Source of the DNA: Camelus ferus
Taxonomy: Eukaryota
Assembly: GCF_009834535.1 (NCBI RefSeq)
Contig: NC_045714.1
Coordinates: forward strand, 13,578,001-13,642,000
Reading direction: 5' to 3'
Length of the DNA stretch: 64,000 nucleotides
Shown: piece after piece, positions 22,355-34,200 of the stretch
Numbering within the stretch: the stretch's first letter is position 1
Layout of the letters: each line of letters opens with the position of its first letter
Notes under the pieces: model-generated
Database searches by the model: none
Seen by the model: only the letters and a program-made list of their open reading frames with translations
Told to the model about the DNA's origin: nothing
Position numbers and translations under genes: made by a program

Positions 22355-23915
22355 GACCGCTGCCCGGACGCACACGCGCGTCCTCACACACCCGTTTGGC
22401 CTGCGAGGACGTGTCTCCGCTCCCCGGCTCCTCCGCGGGCATCCAGGGAAGGGGTGAGCCGGGCGGACCCGGTGAGCGCGTCTGCCACTCTCCAGACCGT
22501 GTGCGCGATGCTGTGGTCCTGTCGCCCGGTCTGTGACGATGGCATTGCTTGATCTTTCTTGACCAAACTTACTTGTGTTTCTGTCTTACAAAAAAAAAAG
22601 GCCAGGCCATTGTCGCTCCCACACCTGTGACGACACACCTCCATAGTCACCCCAGCTCGTGTCGTGGACAGTGAAAGGAACAGGGAGTAAGACGACAAGC
22701 TGGTTACAGGAGAAGCCAGGCGGCCAAGTGTGAAGTAGAAGCAGACTGTTGGTGGGGGTTGTAGCCTGGGCCCCCAGCCCCACGCGCGGCGCAGGCACGC
22801 AGGGGAGCCTCACGCCTGGCGTGAGCTTCCTGGTGTCCAAAGGGTGGAGGAAAATACAAGCCATTCGAATAGTTGCAGACACTATGAAGGAGCAACATGC
22901 TTTCTGTCCTTTTTTTTCCCTCCCCCGGCAAAAAATCCTCTCACCAGAACTAAAGTCTAAAAGAACTACCCCGCGGTGGGTGGGTGGGTGTCCCGTGCTG
23001 GAGACCCTCAGTGGGGTGTGAGACAACGTTCTGAACGTTTCTGGACGAAACACGGTGGAGGGTTCTGTGTGGTTGCTACTTGTTCGGCCGTTATATTTAA
23101 CAAATCAGCGGGGCTAACATTAAAATACAGCTCATTGGAAGCATTTCTGCAGGCCAGTGGCTCAGGTGAACATTCTTCTCATGGCTTGGTCAGACCCTGG
23201 AGAAACATGATCACAGACTCTGTGGGCAGCTCCCTCCCCGGGAACTGACAGAGGCACCTTGAGACGGTGCCGTCCCGCGTGAGGCTGGACAGCACACGTC
23301 CTGGGCTTTGGCTGTGAGTGGGTAGTTGGCTGCAAGGAACAGGAGATCCAAGATCAGGCCCTTTGAGGGGAGAGAAGCTGCTCCTTCCAGACCAAGGAGA
23401 AGGTGTCGGTCCAGAGCTCTGAGTGCATGCGGGGAGCGTGGGGCCGTGGGTGGCACCTGAGATCAGGCGCTCCGTGGTGCAGAATTCATTGCAAATGTGA
23501 AGGACTTTCTTCACAAAAAAGACAAGGAGACACAGAAAGAGTTCATAAGACAATGGTGTTTCTAAAAGTGAATGTAAAATCTCTTTTGAAAACGCAGCTT
23601 GTGTTTTCTTGGGTGAGCTCACTGGTTGGAGTGTGCATGTTGGGCGGCAAGTGTGTCCTAGACGTTTGTTCCAGAGGTCAGGGCAGGGTCGACCCCTCGC
23701 CCGGAATCTCTCTGGGTCTGCAGGAGGGCAGAGGTCATATGTCATAAGGACATAGGTCAGACTTCACCTCAAATTCAGACACAGCATTTGACCTCAGGGT
23801 AATTGGATAGACAGCGGAAGGAGCCGTGTTTGAACGAACTGGCTAATTCTTGTTTATCTTTTGCTCAGTGTTAATTAATATGACCCATAAGTCTGTGCAT
23901 AAAGTGGACACACGC

Positions 23916-24995
23916 TTTTTTTCTTTTTTTATTGAAATATAGTTGGTTTACAGTATTGCATTAGTTTCAGGCACACAGCAACGCGGTTAGTTTGCACTTT
24001 TGTTTTCAGATTCTTCTGCACTGTAGGTATCCATGCGTAAGATAACCCCTGCATCCACTGTAAGGTGTTGAACGTAGTTCCCTGTGCTACACAGTGAGTC
24101 TTGGTTGTTAATCTGTTTTACATACAGTGGTGTGTGTCTGTTAATTCCAATTCCCCAATTTGTCCCTCCCCCTACCCTTTCCCCTTTGGTAACTGTGTCT
24201 TTTCTGTGAGTCTGTTTCTGTTTTGTGAATAAATTCATTTGTATAATTTTTTAGATTCCACATATAAGTGATATCATTTGGTGTTTGTCTCTCTCTGTCT
24301 GACTTATTTGACTAAGCATAATATTCTCCAGGTCCATCCATGTTGCTGCAAATAGCAGTATTTCATTCTTTTTATGGCTGAGTAATATTCCGTCGTGTGT
24401 ATGTACACTGCATCTTCTTTATCCAGCCATCTGTTGTTGGACACTCAGGTTGCCTCCATGTCGAGGCAGTTGTAAATTGTGCTGCTGTGAACACTGGGGT
24501 GCATGACTCTTTTTGAATTAGAGTTTTCGTCTTTTCTGCACACATGCCCAGGAATGGGATTGCTGGATCATATGCTAAGTCTATTTTTTTTTTTAAGGAA
24601 CACCCATACTGTTTTCTACAGTGGCTGCACCAATTTGCATCCCCACCAGCAGGGTAGGAAGGCTCCCTTTTCTCCACAGCCTCTCCTGCGTTTGTCATCT
24701 GTGGACTTTTTGATGATGGCCCTTCTGACCAGTGTGAGGTGCCANNNNNNNNNNNNNNNNNNNNNNNNNNNNNNNNNNNNNNNNNNNNNNNNNNNNNNNN
24801 NNNNNNNNNNNNNNNNNNNNNNNNNNNNNNNNNNNNNNNNNNNNNNNNNNNNNNNNNNNNNNNNNNNNNNNNNNNNNNNNNNNNNNNNNNNNNNNNNNNN
24901 NNNNNNNNNNNNNNNNNNNNNNNNNNNNNNNNNNTTTGTATACATTGGAAATTAACCCCTTGTCGGTCGCACTGTTTGCAAACACGATCTTCCCG
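23916..24995 (-). mobile_element. 5'-truncated L1 3' end extending into ORF2, containing an N gap
   Basis: TTTTATTGAAATATAGTTGGTTTACAG, GGATTGCTGGATCATATG, TTTTTGATGATGGCCCTTCTGACCAGTGTGAGGTG, GAAATTAACCCCTTGTCGGTCGCACTGTTTGCAAA. Confidence 0.95.
24745..24934. other. Assembly gap or masked run (190 N)
   Basis: Read directly; lies inside an L1. Confidence 0.99.
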
Positions 24996-25552
24996 TCACC
25001 TGGAAGGAGAGGAAGGGCGCTGTGTGTGGTCAGGTTTTTGTGGAAAGTCCCCCCCCATGCTGTCTGCTGGAGCCTGGGGTGGCCACATTCCCCTTCTGAC
25101 TCGCTGCATCTGCAGCCCTGGGCTGTGGGGACCTTTCTTGGATCCCAACCTTGGATCAGACACTGCTGTCCTTGGAATGGAGACCTCATTACTCACAGAT
25201 GCCTCAAAGGGCCTCTTGTCCCAGGACCTCAGTGCCGCAGGGAGTGTCCTGCAGGTGGCCCTGAAGAACGGAGCCCATATGGTAGGGAACTCTGTGGCCG
25301 GACACCCATTGGGGCCAGACTCTGTGATTCTGTCCAAGGTACTTGTGTCTTCGTCTGAGCAGATACTGGCTTGGTCTGAAATTCTTTTGAGTCCCTTTCG
25401 ACATCTGATTTCAGACCTTGTGTTTCCCCACTGTCTCCAGAGACGCATTTGCTGTGGAGTGATGCTCAGATTCGGTCCTTAAACCTTGTCTTAAGAGGGT
25501 TTCTTCCCCTGGGTCACCCGTGGTGACATCTGGGCTCTCTCTTGCTCTAACT

Positions 25553-25758
25553 CAGCGGTTCTCCATGGGTGGTGGCCCCTGGGGTGCTCGGCAGTGTCTG
25601 GAGGCGTTCTGGGTTGTCACTGCTCGGGGCGGCGTGCTGCCGCGTCTAGAAGGTACAGGTCCGGGAGGCTGCTGCCCATCCCACAGTGCACAGGACGGAC
25701 CCTCAGCAGAGACCCATCCTGCCCCAGACGTCAGGAGGGCCAACGGAGAAACACCCCA
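25553..25758 (+). mobile_element. MER20 element, GC-shifted
   Basis: CAGCGGTTCTC...GGCAGTGTCTGGAGGCGTTCTGGGTTGTCAC...CAGTGCACAGGACGG...GAGAAACACC. Flanks CTCTAACT / GGGTAACT share TAACT. Confidence 0.8.
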
Positions 25759-25879
25759 GGGTAACTGATGCCAGACACGTTGAAAAGCATGAGTATTAAC
25801 GCTACACAAACACTGATTTAAGGACGAGGTGCAAACCCTGTTCATCAGCTCATTTTGTTCTTGGCTCCATGAGGTGCCT

Positions 25880-25965
25880 GTGGTTCTTACCTTCACTCAG
25901 GAGATGGGAAGCGAGGCCCAGAGAGGTTAGGTGGCCTCCCAAGATCACACAGCACATGAGGGACA
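25880..25965 (-). mobile_element. MIR SINE fragment
   Basis: GAGGCCCAGAGAGGTTAGGTGGCCTCCCAAGATCACACAGC. Confidence 0.75.
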
Positions 25966-26979
25966 GAGCCCATCTGTCCCGGCTGCACGGCCACAGCTGC
26001 ATCACTTTGCTGCATTTTTTCACCCAAACAGGAGTAGGGCTGGTAGGAAACCTGCACGATGGGAGATCCAACCACTTCCCAGGGGACGCGGAGTGCCAGC
26101 CTCCTGCCCGTCCATTTAATACCTGGCCTCCGGCACGACCCGGCCGTCGCAGCCCTCGTGCCTTTGCCACGTGTGAGTCTGCCCGATGACCTAAATGGGT
26201 ACCAGAAGCACGGGTCCCCTGACTCTTTCCTGGCGGCTATGGGTGGAGACGCCGCCCTTGACCTGGGCGCAGCGTGAGTCAGGCAACACGGTCCGCATCT
26301 GTCCACACGGCGCTCCCGTCACTTTCCCGGTGCCACCCGAGGGCCTGATGCAGGAGCAGCGTCTGACTGGATGGGGCTTCAGACGACACAACGGAAGCAG
26401 GTCCGGAGCGCCCTTCGCGCGTGGGGAGGGGCTTCTCCTTCACTGCGTGGCTCAGCATCCTTTGTTTCGTGTTTTAACAGTTTGCTTAAGATGTGGGGTT
26501 GGAGGCTGTTTTCCTCGTGGAAATTGCTTTAAATCCACACCTGCTTCATTCACATCTCGGAGGGAGGGTCTGGGCTGTGAGGTGTGCGGCACAGACGGGA
26601 CGGGGTGTGGGGCGTTCTGGAGTTTACCACAAAGTCTTGGCAAACAAAATTGCTGAGTGGAGGGCGGGGCCGCCACCCCCGTGACTTTCTGTGACTGGCC
26701 GTCTAAGGGTGGTTCAGAGTGAAGTCCCAGCCCCCTGATTCCTGCCAGGAGTGCACTGTCCCCCCAGGGGAGCACGCTTTGGACTCCAACCACCAGAAGT
26801 GGGATGTGAAGTCTGGGGAGGGGGAGGGTCTGCTGGGACCCTCTTTTTTGTCTTGGCTTCTTGGGGGTGAAGGAGTCCTAGACCCGTCTCTGGGCCGTGC
26901 AGGTGGCCCCTGACTTGTTCACGGGGGCCCAGGGAACCTCGGAATGTGAGTCTGCTCTCAGCGTCTGGTCAGTCGTGCT

Positions 26980-27003
26980 GGGGGGCAGGGGGCGTGGGCG
27001 GGG
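26980..27003 (+). other. Canonical G-quadruplex motif
   Basis: GGGGGG CA GGGGG CGT GGG C GGGG: four G-runs with short loops. A similar motif lies at 37239-37257. Confidence 0.6.
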
Positions 27004-28151
27004 TGGTTTTGTCCCTTTATGCGTCGCCCCCGCTTGGCATCAGGCCCGGCACAGGATGGGCCCTCGGTCAGCGCTGGTGGGAAAAGGAAGCCGGAAGGAG
27101 CGAGCGGGTGAGAGCGTCTTCACTCCCGAGAAGCGAGGGCTCCGCTGTGGAAGCCCGTCCCCGCGCCCCCTGCCACGGGGGTGGACACGCTCACCGCTTC
27201 CTCCTCACGGAGGGAGGTCCACGCGGAGTTCCCGCCTGTGGTCTTCATCCTTTGTTAAATCTTCCCCGCTCGTACACGTGGGAAGACTCTGCTGCTACGT
27301 TGACAGAGAGACTCGGATGCGTGGAAGCCGGTGGGTTCATTCGAACCAGAGGTGGCGTCCAGACGCGGAGTTTGAATTGGACACACGCCATCACAGCTTC
27401 ACAAACGAACCTCATGCCGCTTCGGATTTGATAGGCACTTGCTCCCCTGTAAGAATTCTGGATGCGAACAAGAGCAAAAATAAAGGGACTTTATTATTAG
27501 TGTTAAATATTTACATGGTTTATAGGGGGAGTAATCAGAGTACGACACGTTATGATTGAAAACGAGTCTTCCCCAAAATTACGAGTTGGGAAACTTGGCA
27601 TTTGGTGGAGAGTGAAGAGGCTCCGGCATCTTATTTTCAAATGTCGTGGGAGCTGGAACCAGAACTCCAGGCAACCCTCTGTCCTTATTAAAATCCAATT
27701 ACAGTAATAGCTCAGCCTTCAGCTTGGACTATTACGGATGCAACATAAATGTTGAAACAGCTTGGTTGCATGTGGCGGTTCTTCAGTTCACATTTGTTAC
27801 CCTGGTGATCTTGTGCTCATTTGTGGCTGACTTTCTGGGGCTTATTTGGTAAAAGAAATGTGAGGGGGGAAAACTGCTGCCGCGTTAAGTCGTATCCGCG
27901 TTGTTTTTCCTTCTCCCATTTAGGATAAACCCCCCATTTTACTAACTCCATGAGGTAGGCCGAAGTGTGCCAAAGAATTAGTTCAGTGATTATTTATATG
28001 GCACCTACTAGTGCAAAGACTTTTTCCCTGGGTGATATAAATATGCACCGGCCTGCAAGATTTGGGGAAAGAAAAAGGCTCTGTGACCTCCAGTTCAGTT
28101 GGACCCAGGTGGGGTGAGAACAGCAATTCAAGAATGGCTCTCAGGGAGGGG

Positions 28152-28900
28152 CCCTCCTCCACCGCTGGTGGGCGTGCACCGTGGCTGCGGAAAGCAGCAA
28201 GGAGGCCCCTCAGAAGACTGAAAATAGACTTACCATGTGATCCAGCAGTCCCACTCCTGGGCATATATCTGGAGGGAACTCGAATTTGAAAAGACACCTG
28301 CACCCCAATGTTCACAGCAGCACTATTTACAACAGCCAAGACATGAAACAACCTAAATGTCCATCGACAGATGGCTNNNNNNNNNNNNNNNNNNNNNNNN
28401 NNNNNNNNNNNNNNNNNNNNNNNNNNNNNNNNNNNNNNNNNNNNNNNNNNNNNNNNNNNNNNNNNNNNNNNNNNNNNNNNNNNNNNNNNNNNNNNNNNNN
28501 NNNNNNNNNNNNNNNNNCTAAGTGAAGTCGGCCAGAAAGAGAAAGAAAATACTATATGATATCATTCATATGTGGAATCTAAAAAAAGAAAGGCACAAAT
28601 GAACTTATCTACAAAATAGAAACAGACTCACAGACATAGAAAACAAACTTACGGTTACCTGGGAGGTAAGCGGGTGGGAAGGGATAAATTGGGAGTTCAA
28701 GGTTTGCAGGTACTGACTGGTATATATAAAATAGGTAAACAAAAAGTTCTTACTGTAGAGCACAGGGAACTCTATTCAATATCTCGTAGTAACCTATAAT
28801 GGAAAAGAATCTGAAAAGGAGTGTATGACTGGGACATGGTGCTGTACACCAGAAATTGATAAAACATTCTAAATTGTCTACACTCCAATTAAAAAAAATA
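28152..28900 (+). mobile_element. 5'-truncated young L1 3' end with TSD, containing an N gap
   Basis: AAAATAGACTTACCATGTGATCCAGCAGTCCCACTCCTGGGCATATATC through TGCTGTACACCAGAAATTGA and an A tail. TSD-like flanks ATGGCTCTCAGGG (28134) / AAGGCTCTCTGGG (28901), 11/13. Confidence 0.95.
28377..28517. other. Assembly gap or masked run (141 N)
   Basis: Read directly; lies inside an L1. Confidence 0.99.
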
Positions 28901-29769
28901 AAGGCTCTCTGGGGGTCCCAAAGTGAGACACATTGATGACGGCCTGCTCTTCCAGCTTTGAGTGGGACATGGGGTGGCAGGTCACGGTGCTGGTTAGGAT
29001 TTAAATGTCTTAGAAAGGAACCACGGTCTATGTCGTGGTCAGAAGTTTCCAGAATACATGGGAAACTTCCGAGCCCCACCACTCAGACGTGAGGCTGTGC
29101 ACGCCTCAGACCACCGGAAGAACAAAGACCTTTCGACTCAGTGGTCTGTGACCACCTGGCTTCCCCAGGATTCGACTTTAGTGAAATATGCCCCGTTTGA
29201 GGGTTCGGGGTTTTTTTGTTTTCCTAAGTGAGTCTGCAATGTGCTGTCTGAGTTTTCCAGTAGAATGTAGTTTCTTGAGTCAGATGCAACAGCCAAAAAT
29301 AAATATACATACACACACATACACAGACATTTATAAACACATACATTTTCCCCGAAGGTAATTTTTCTGAAAGCCAGAATAGCTTTTGGTACCACATCTA
29401 ATTAGGAGATTGTTGAACAACGCAGAGCCATCTTGATTATAATAACCGTCTTCAGATAATGTGCTGTTAAATTAGCTCACTCAACATCTATTTTGTAAGT
29501 AGATTTGGTTTATTTTTAGTCGTCGTTTGAAGCCAGGAATCCAAATGGTGATGAAGGGGTTTCAGTGGGCGTGGAGGCCACGAAGGCGGCCGGTGGCCCT
29601 TGGCCTGGCCGCTCCTTTGAGAAGTTGGCTTTTTCAGAAGGAAGTTTGAAGAAAAGCAGGCAGGAAAGTTGAGGTTCACTGAGTTTCAGACAAGCTTCCA
29701 CTCTAGGAAGAGCCAGTGATGGTGCGCTTGAAAAGAAAGGGTGCGTCCTGCAGAACACCAGGTGATATT

Positions 29770-30245
29770 TGCAACCCACGCATCTGGTAAGGGGTTAACA
29801 CCCAAAATATACATGTAACTTCCACGAAGAAACGGCAACCAAACAAACAACAACAACAAGGGAACAGCTAATAACCTGATTTTAAAATGGCTTAAGGACC
29901 CGAACAGACACGTCTCCAGAGAGCACATGCAGCTGGTAAACAGGCAGAAACGTTCAGTGTCAGTGATTTCAGGGACTCGCAGGTCAAAACCACAACGTCA
30001 CCTCACAGCCGCCAGGATGGCTGCTGTCGTCACAAAAAAGGACAAGTGTTGACAGAGATGTGGAGAAACTGGAACGTTTACACACTGTTGGTGGGAAAGC
30101 AAATGGTGCAGCCACTGTGGAGGACAGTGTGGAGGTGCCCCCAGAAGTTAAGAACAGAACCAGCCTCTGACCAGCAGTCCCACCGCTGGGTGTTCTTCCG
30201 GAAGGACTGAGGTCCGGATCACGCAGGGGCACCTGCACCCTTGGG
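29770..30245 (+). mobile_element. Older L1 ORF2 C-terminal fragment
   Basis: ATCTGGTAAGGGGTTAACACCCAAAATATAC, TTTTAAAATGGC, GGTCAAAACCACAA, CACACTGTTGGTGGGAAAGCAAATGGTGCAGCCACTGTGGA. Confidence 0.85.
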
Positions 30246-30583
30246 AGACCGCCCCTCCCGCCCCCAGGCCGCAGCAGGCCGCGCGTCCAAGAGCACCTGG
30301 CGGGGAGGTCGGGCTGTGGGGAAGCTGGCCGCCTGTATCATGTGAAACTGGTTTAGGTGGCGCCTCGGGTGTCATTGTTGGAATTATTCAGCGGGTTGTA
30401 GTCAGCGCTGAGGAGAAGTGTGGGTCTTCACATCACTAACGACTTGTGGTATTTCGTTTACTCCATGCTAGAAACTGACGTCAAGGTTTTCTGTAAACTG
30501 GATCCCCGTGACCTAGGTTTGTCCATCCCCAGACATTTTCACCGGAAAATTCCTAGTCAGGACTGGGCTCCATCTATATTTCT

Positions 30584-30793
30584 TTCTTCTGTTTTTTAAT
30601 TGAAGTGTAGTCGATGTGCAGTGTTGTGTTAACTTCTGGTGCACAGCCTAGTGATTCAGTGATTCACACACGTACGCTCCTGTTCACGTTCTTCGTCATT
30701 ACAGGCCACTACAAGGTACTGAACATGGTTCCTTGTGCCGTACAGTAGGGCCTTGTTGTTTATCTGTTTTATCTGCAGTCGTTAATGTCTGCT
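30584..30793 (-). mobile_element. Short young L1 3' end with 13-bp TSD
   Basis: TTTTTTAATTGAAGTGTAGTCGATGTGCAGTGTTGTG. TSD CATCTATATTTCT (30571-30583) / CATCTGTATTTCT (30794-30806), 12/13. Confidence 0.9.
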
Positions 30794-30809
30794 CATCTGT
30801 ATTTCTGAT

Positions 30810-31205
30810 GGTTGAACCTGGCCTTACAGCAGAATCTAGAGAGTAAAAACAAAAAATAAGGACAGTGGAAGGAAAAATCTGACCCGTAATCTCAAATTAT
30901 CAAAGTCACCAAAAACAAGGAAAGTCTGAGAAACGGTCACAGCCAAACGGAGGCTGAGGAGCTCGACAACTAACTGTCGTGCGGGACCCTGGGCAAAAAG
31001 GACAGTGGGAAAAAACTAAGCAGGTCCGAGTAAAGTGCGGACTTTGGTTAACAACCACGTGTCACTGCTGGTTGGTTAATTACAACGACTGCACCTGGGA
31101 AGGTGAGCTCTTACCCGCAGGGGGGAGTGGGTGCCGGCGACGCGCCAGCTCTCTTACACCTTTCCTGTAAATTGAAGCTATTCTAAAATAAAAAGCCTGT
31201 TCTAA
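30810..31205 (+). mobile_element. Old L1 (L1MC/L1MD-like) 3' end
   Basis: GAAAGTCTGAGAAACGGTCACAG...CAAAAAGGACA...TTTCCTGTAAATTGAAGCTATTCTAAAATAAAAAG. Confidence 0.75.
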
Positions 31206-34200
31206 AACATACAAACAAGACAATTTAGAACGCCCACTATTCACCCTGGGGGAACACATCACTGTCAGTGTTTTGGCGTGTTCTGCTTTTCTGTGCGCAG
31301 CCCTGCACAGGGTGAGACCACACCAGGCACACGGTCCGTGTCGTCCTCCCCCCACAATGACGTTGAAACGGACGCATCATCCCTGTGTCACTGAAAATGA
31401 TCTGGTCGATCGATCACGGGTCAATCAGTACACGAACAAATGCCGTCCCGGAGGGAAGGCTGTCTGAGGCACGTAGGGACTCACTCGGCAGGGCCTGGGG
31501 CCAAGCGAGGCCAGAGGTGGGGGCGGGACCCCAGGCAGGGTGGTGGCCCCCGGAGAGGCTGAGATTCAGATGCTGCAGGGCTGCACTGGGCAGCGCCGGC
31601 CGGGGCGGCAGCAGCCCGCCCAGTGAGGGGAACCCAGCACCACTCGGGTCTGAGGGAAGCCGGCACAGCCCGCCCCAGGAGCCCCAGGGGCTTTCTGCTC
31701 GCAGCTGCTGTCAGGATGCTAAGTAGTAGAGCACCACTTTTCAGGGGTAAGAAAAAAGGGGCAGGGGGGTTTCCATACGGTGAAGTTCCTCACTAAAATC
31801 CATTGTAACCTCGGCTAATGGCTGGGTTAACGTCACTCGGAAACCGTCGTAGGGATCAACTGCATCCATGGTCAGCATCTGAAATTCTCGCACTGGAAGC
31901 CTGTGAGGTTTGCCTGTGTTTTTCAGTGGAGTGTTATTCATTTAAAGTTGTTTGAAAATCTAATCAGAAAGATCTTCAACCCAGAAATTCGGTGATGTGA
32001 AATTCGCTGGTGACGGTGCTCTGGGGGCTCCCGCTGAGTGATGCCTAGGAAAGGACAGCTCCAGGAAATGCGAACTTGGTGTGTGCCGTGTGGCTCTGGA
32101 CGGGCCGCGGCTTCGCGTTCTGTGAGTTTTGACTTGTCCTTGAGGACTGTGACTTAAGGCACAAGGCTGAACCCTGGGGGAGCTCAGGGCAGAAGTTCAC
32201 GTGGAAACTGAGGCTGACCTGGCTTCTCCCTTTCACTTCCAAGGGGTGGTTGGCACATCTGTTATCTACATCTGATCTGCCAGGTGGGCTGCCGACTCCC
32301 TCTAAGAAAGAGGAATGCACCCTGTCTAAAACCCGCCGCGGCCAGCTGCTGGAGGAGCCGCCTGCGGGTTCCAGGAGGTGGCCGGCCGCCCCACCTTACT
32401 TCCGATCGTAGCTTCGTGGTTGGACACCCACAGCGGGACTGGGTCGGGGGGTTACATGAGTGGTAAACGTGGTAGGAACGTGTGTCCTAAATTATGTTAG
32501 GGGAGGCGGGTCGTAGGTGCGTGGGGCTGAAGACACCAGTCAGGCGGGACAGGTTATCAGTCGAGGAGGAAGTGTCAGCTATTGGGGAGCACCACCCACC
32601 TGTGCTGGGCGGGTGCCTCACACCGCCGGGGGGCAGGGTGGGGCAGGCGTCGGAGCCCAGCCCCACTCGGTTTGCCGAGGCAGAGCCTGGAAGTCCCCCT
32701 CTGGGGACCCCTGGCCTGGAAGACACCCTGTGCTTTCTTCCGCCTCTGCAAGACCCCTCTAATTCCCGGCTCGCAGTGTGGCTCTCCTGCGTGTTTCCCG
32801 AAAAGGAGAACTTGTTTAAAAAGCCCTTGCACTGAATCACATCCGCTTAGACGAGGCTGTAGGCCCAGAAACGGGCCCCTCCGCAGCCACCAAGAGAAGG
32901 CGTCTAGAAGACACCTCTTCGCTTTGGCCAGCGCAGGCTCCCTTCAGACACTCGTGCGAGACAATTCACTGCTCTTTACAAGTCTGTTCGTGGATTGTAA
33001 AATGGGTTCTGCATCACGTGGCGCTGTGAGCCTTGTGTAGATGGGGAAAGAAAGGCGGAGAGAGCGGGTTTAACGCATAGGGAGTATCTGGCAGACGTTA
33101 AAGGGAGCTCCGAGCTTCCTCATGAGGACCGGCGCTGACCGCCCTGCCCAGACCGTCACCCTGGACGCGCCGCGCCGACTCCCTGCCCTGGAGGCGCCGA
33201 GACACTGAGTTGTGAGGCTCCTTTTCCTCACGGCTGTTCTGCAGAGAAAGAATCTGGAAAATCCCTGTGCTCCCGATGGGACGCCTGCAGAGAAACGGCT
33301 TGCTGTCAGCTCTTGAGAAGCGTGAAGCCTGCCTCCTGGGACGCTGACATTTTGCAAAGCACACCCTTCATCTGCGGTGACGGCAGACTTTGTCATCAAG
33401 CCCATCGCACTTACTGGGAGGTGGTCACTCAGCCAGGCTCCTGTCCGCTGGCCAGGCAGCGGGCCGCCCAGTGGTCCAGCCTGCACGTGTTGAATGCTCT
33501 CTCCAATCTAACCGGTGGCCGCTCCGGAGTCCCCACGGTGGTACCCAGGATGTGCACACGTGCGTGAGGGTGCGAGCTGCTCTGAAGACCCCTGGAGTTT
33601 TTACAGAAGAATCCTAAACATAGGGGACACGAGCTGTGACCATTTAAGTTGGCCATGCTCTCCTGTTTGCAGTCTGAACAATAAGCATCATCTTGTCTCA
33701 GGCCCAGAATAACAGAGGATAAATGGCTGAGTCTACAAAAACACCCATCACTGAAGCCGCCCTCCATCATGACCCAGTTCTCCAAGTGCTGGCTTATGAA
33801 AGACCGAAAGTAGGTCATCAGAGAGAGATGAAGTGGGTGGGGGAAAAAATCATTCCATAAGCAGCCACTTAAAAATGCGCCAGTGTTGGCTTCCAGGGAC
33901 CAGCGGATCAGGCTAGAGCCGCGTTCTCAAGACACACTCCCTCCTTCCCTGCTGGTCCCTGGCGGCCTGGGCAGGTGTCCCTCGAAGACAGGCTGCTGGT
34001 GACTCGGAGCCTGCAGACCGCAGCTTGGTCTGTCCTCGCCCCTCGTGTAAACTCACCAGGTTTACGTTTGAGAGAGAAGTCAGCGTTCACAGGACAGTGT
34101 CGGCTTTGTGATCAAGGCTGGGTTTTTTGTTTGTTTGTTAGTGTGTTTTGGCAAATTATGAATTCTGTCCATCAAAATCGGATCGTTTTTTCAAAGCAGG

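Larger units (their letters stand above)
21960..22520. promoter_or_regulatory. CpG-rich patch, possible internal promoter or regulatory element
   Basis: Dense CpG by eye (GACCCGCCGCCCCC, CCCGCCCTCGCCGCCCGCCC, GGACGCACACGCGCG). Function is inferred only. Confidence 0.3.

Noticed and set aside
24739-25482. 247-aa ORF and other ORFs spanning N runs (17611-18006, 28286-28559, 45231-45653)
   Set aside because: Artefacts of translating N as X inside L1 sequence or gaps.
31741-31941. Minus-strand ORF with natural-looking peptide LTMDAVDPYDGFRVTLTQPLAEV
   Set aside because: No homolog recognised and no convincing acceptor/donor pair.
33673-33809. Possible + strand exon with ATG at 33723 (MAESTKTPITEAALHHDPVLQ...)
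   Set aside because: Modest donor (AAA|GTAGGT), weak Kozak context and unrecognised peptide; not distinguishable from background.
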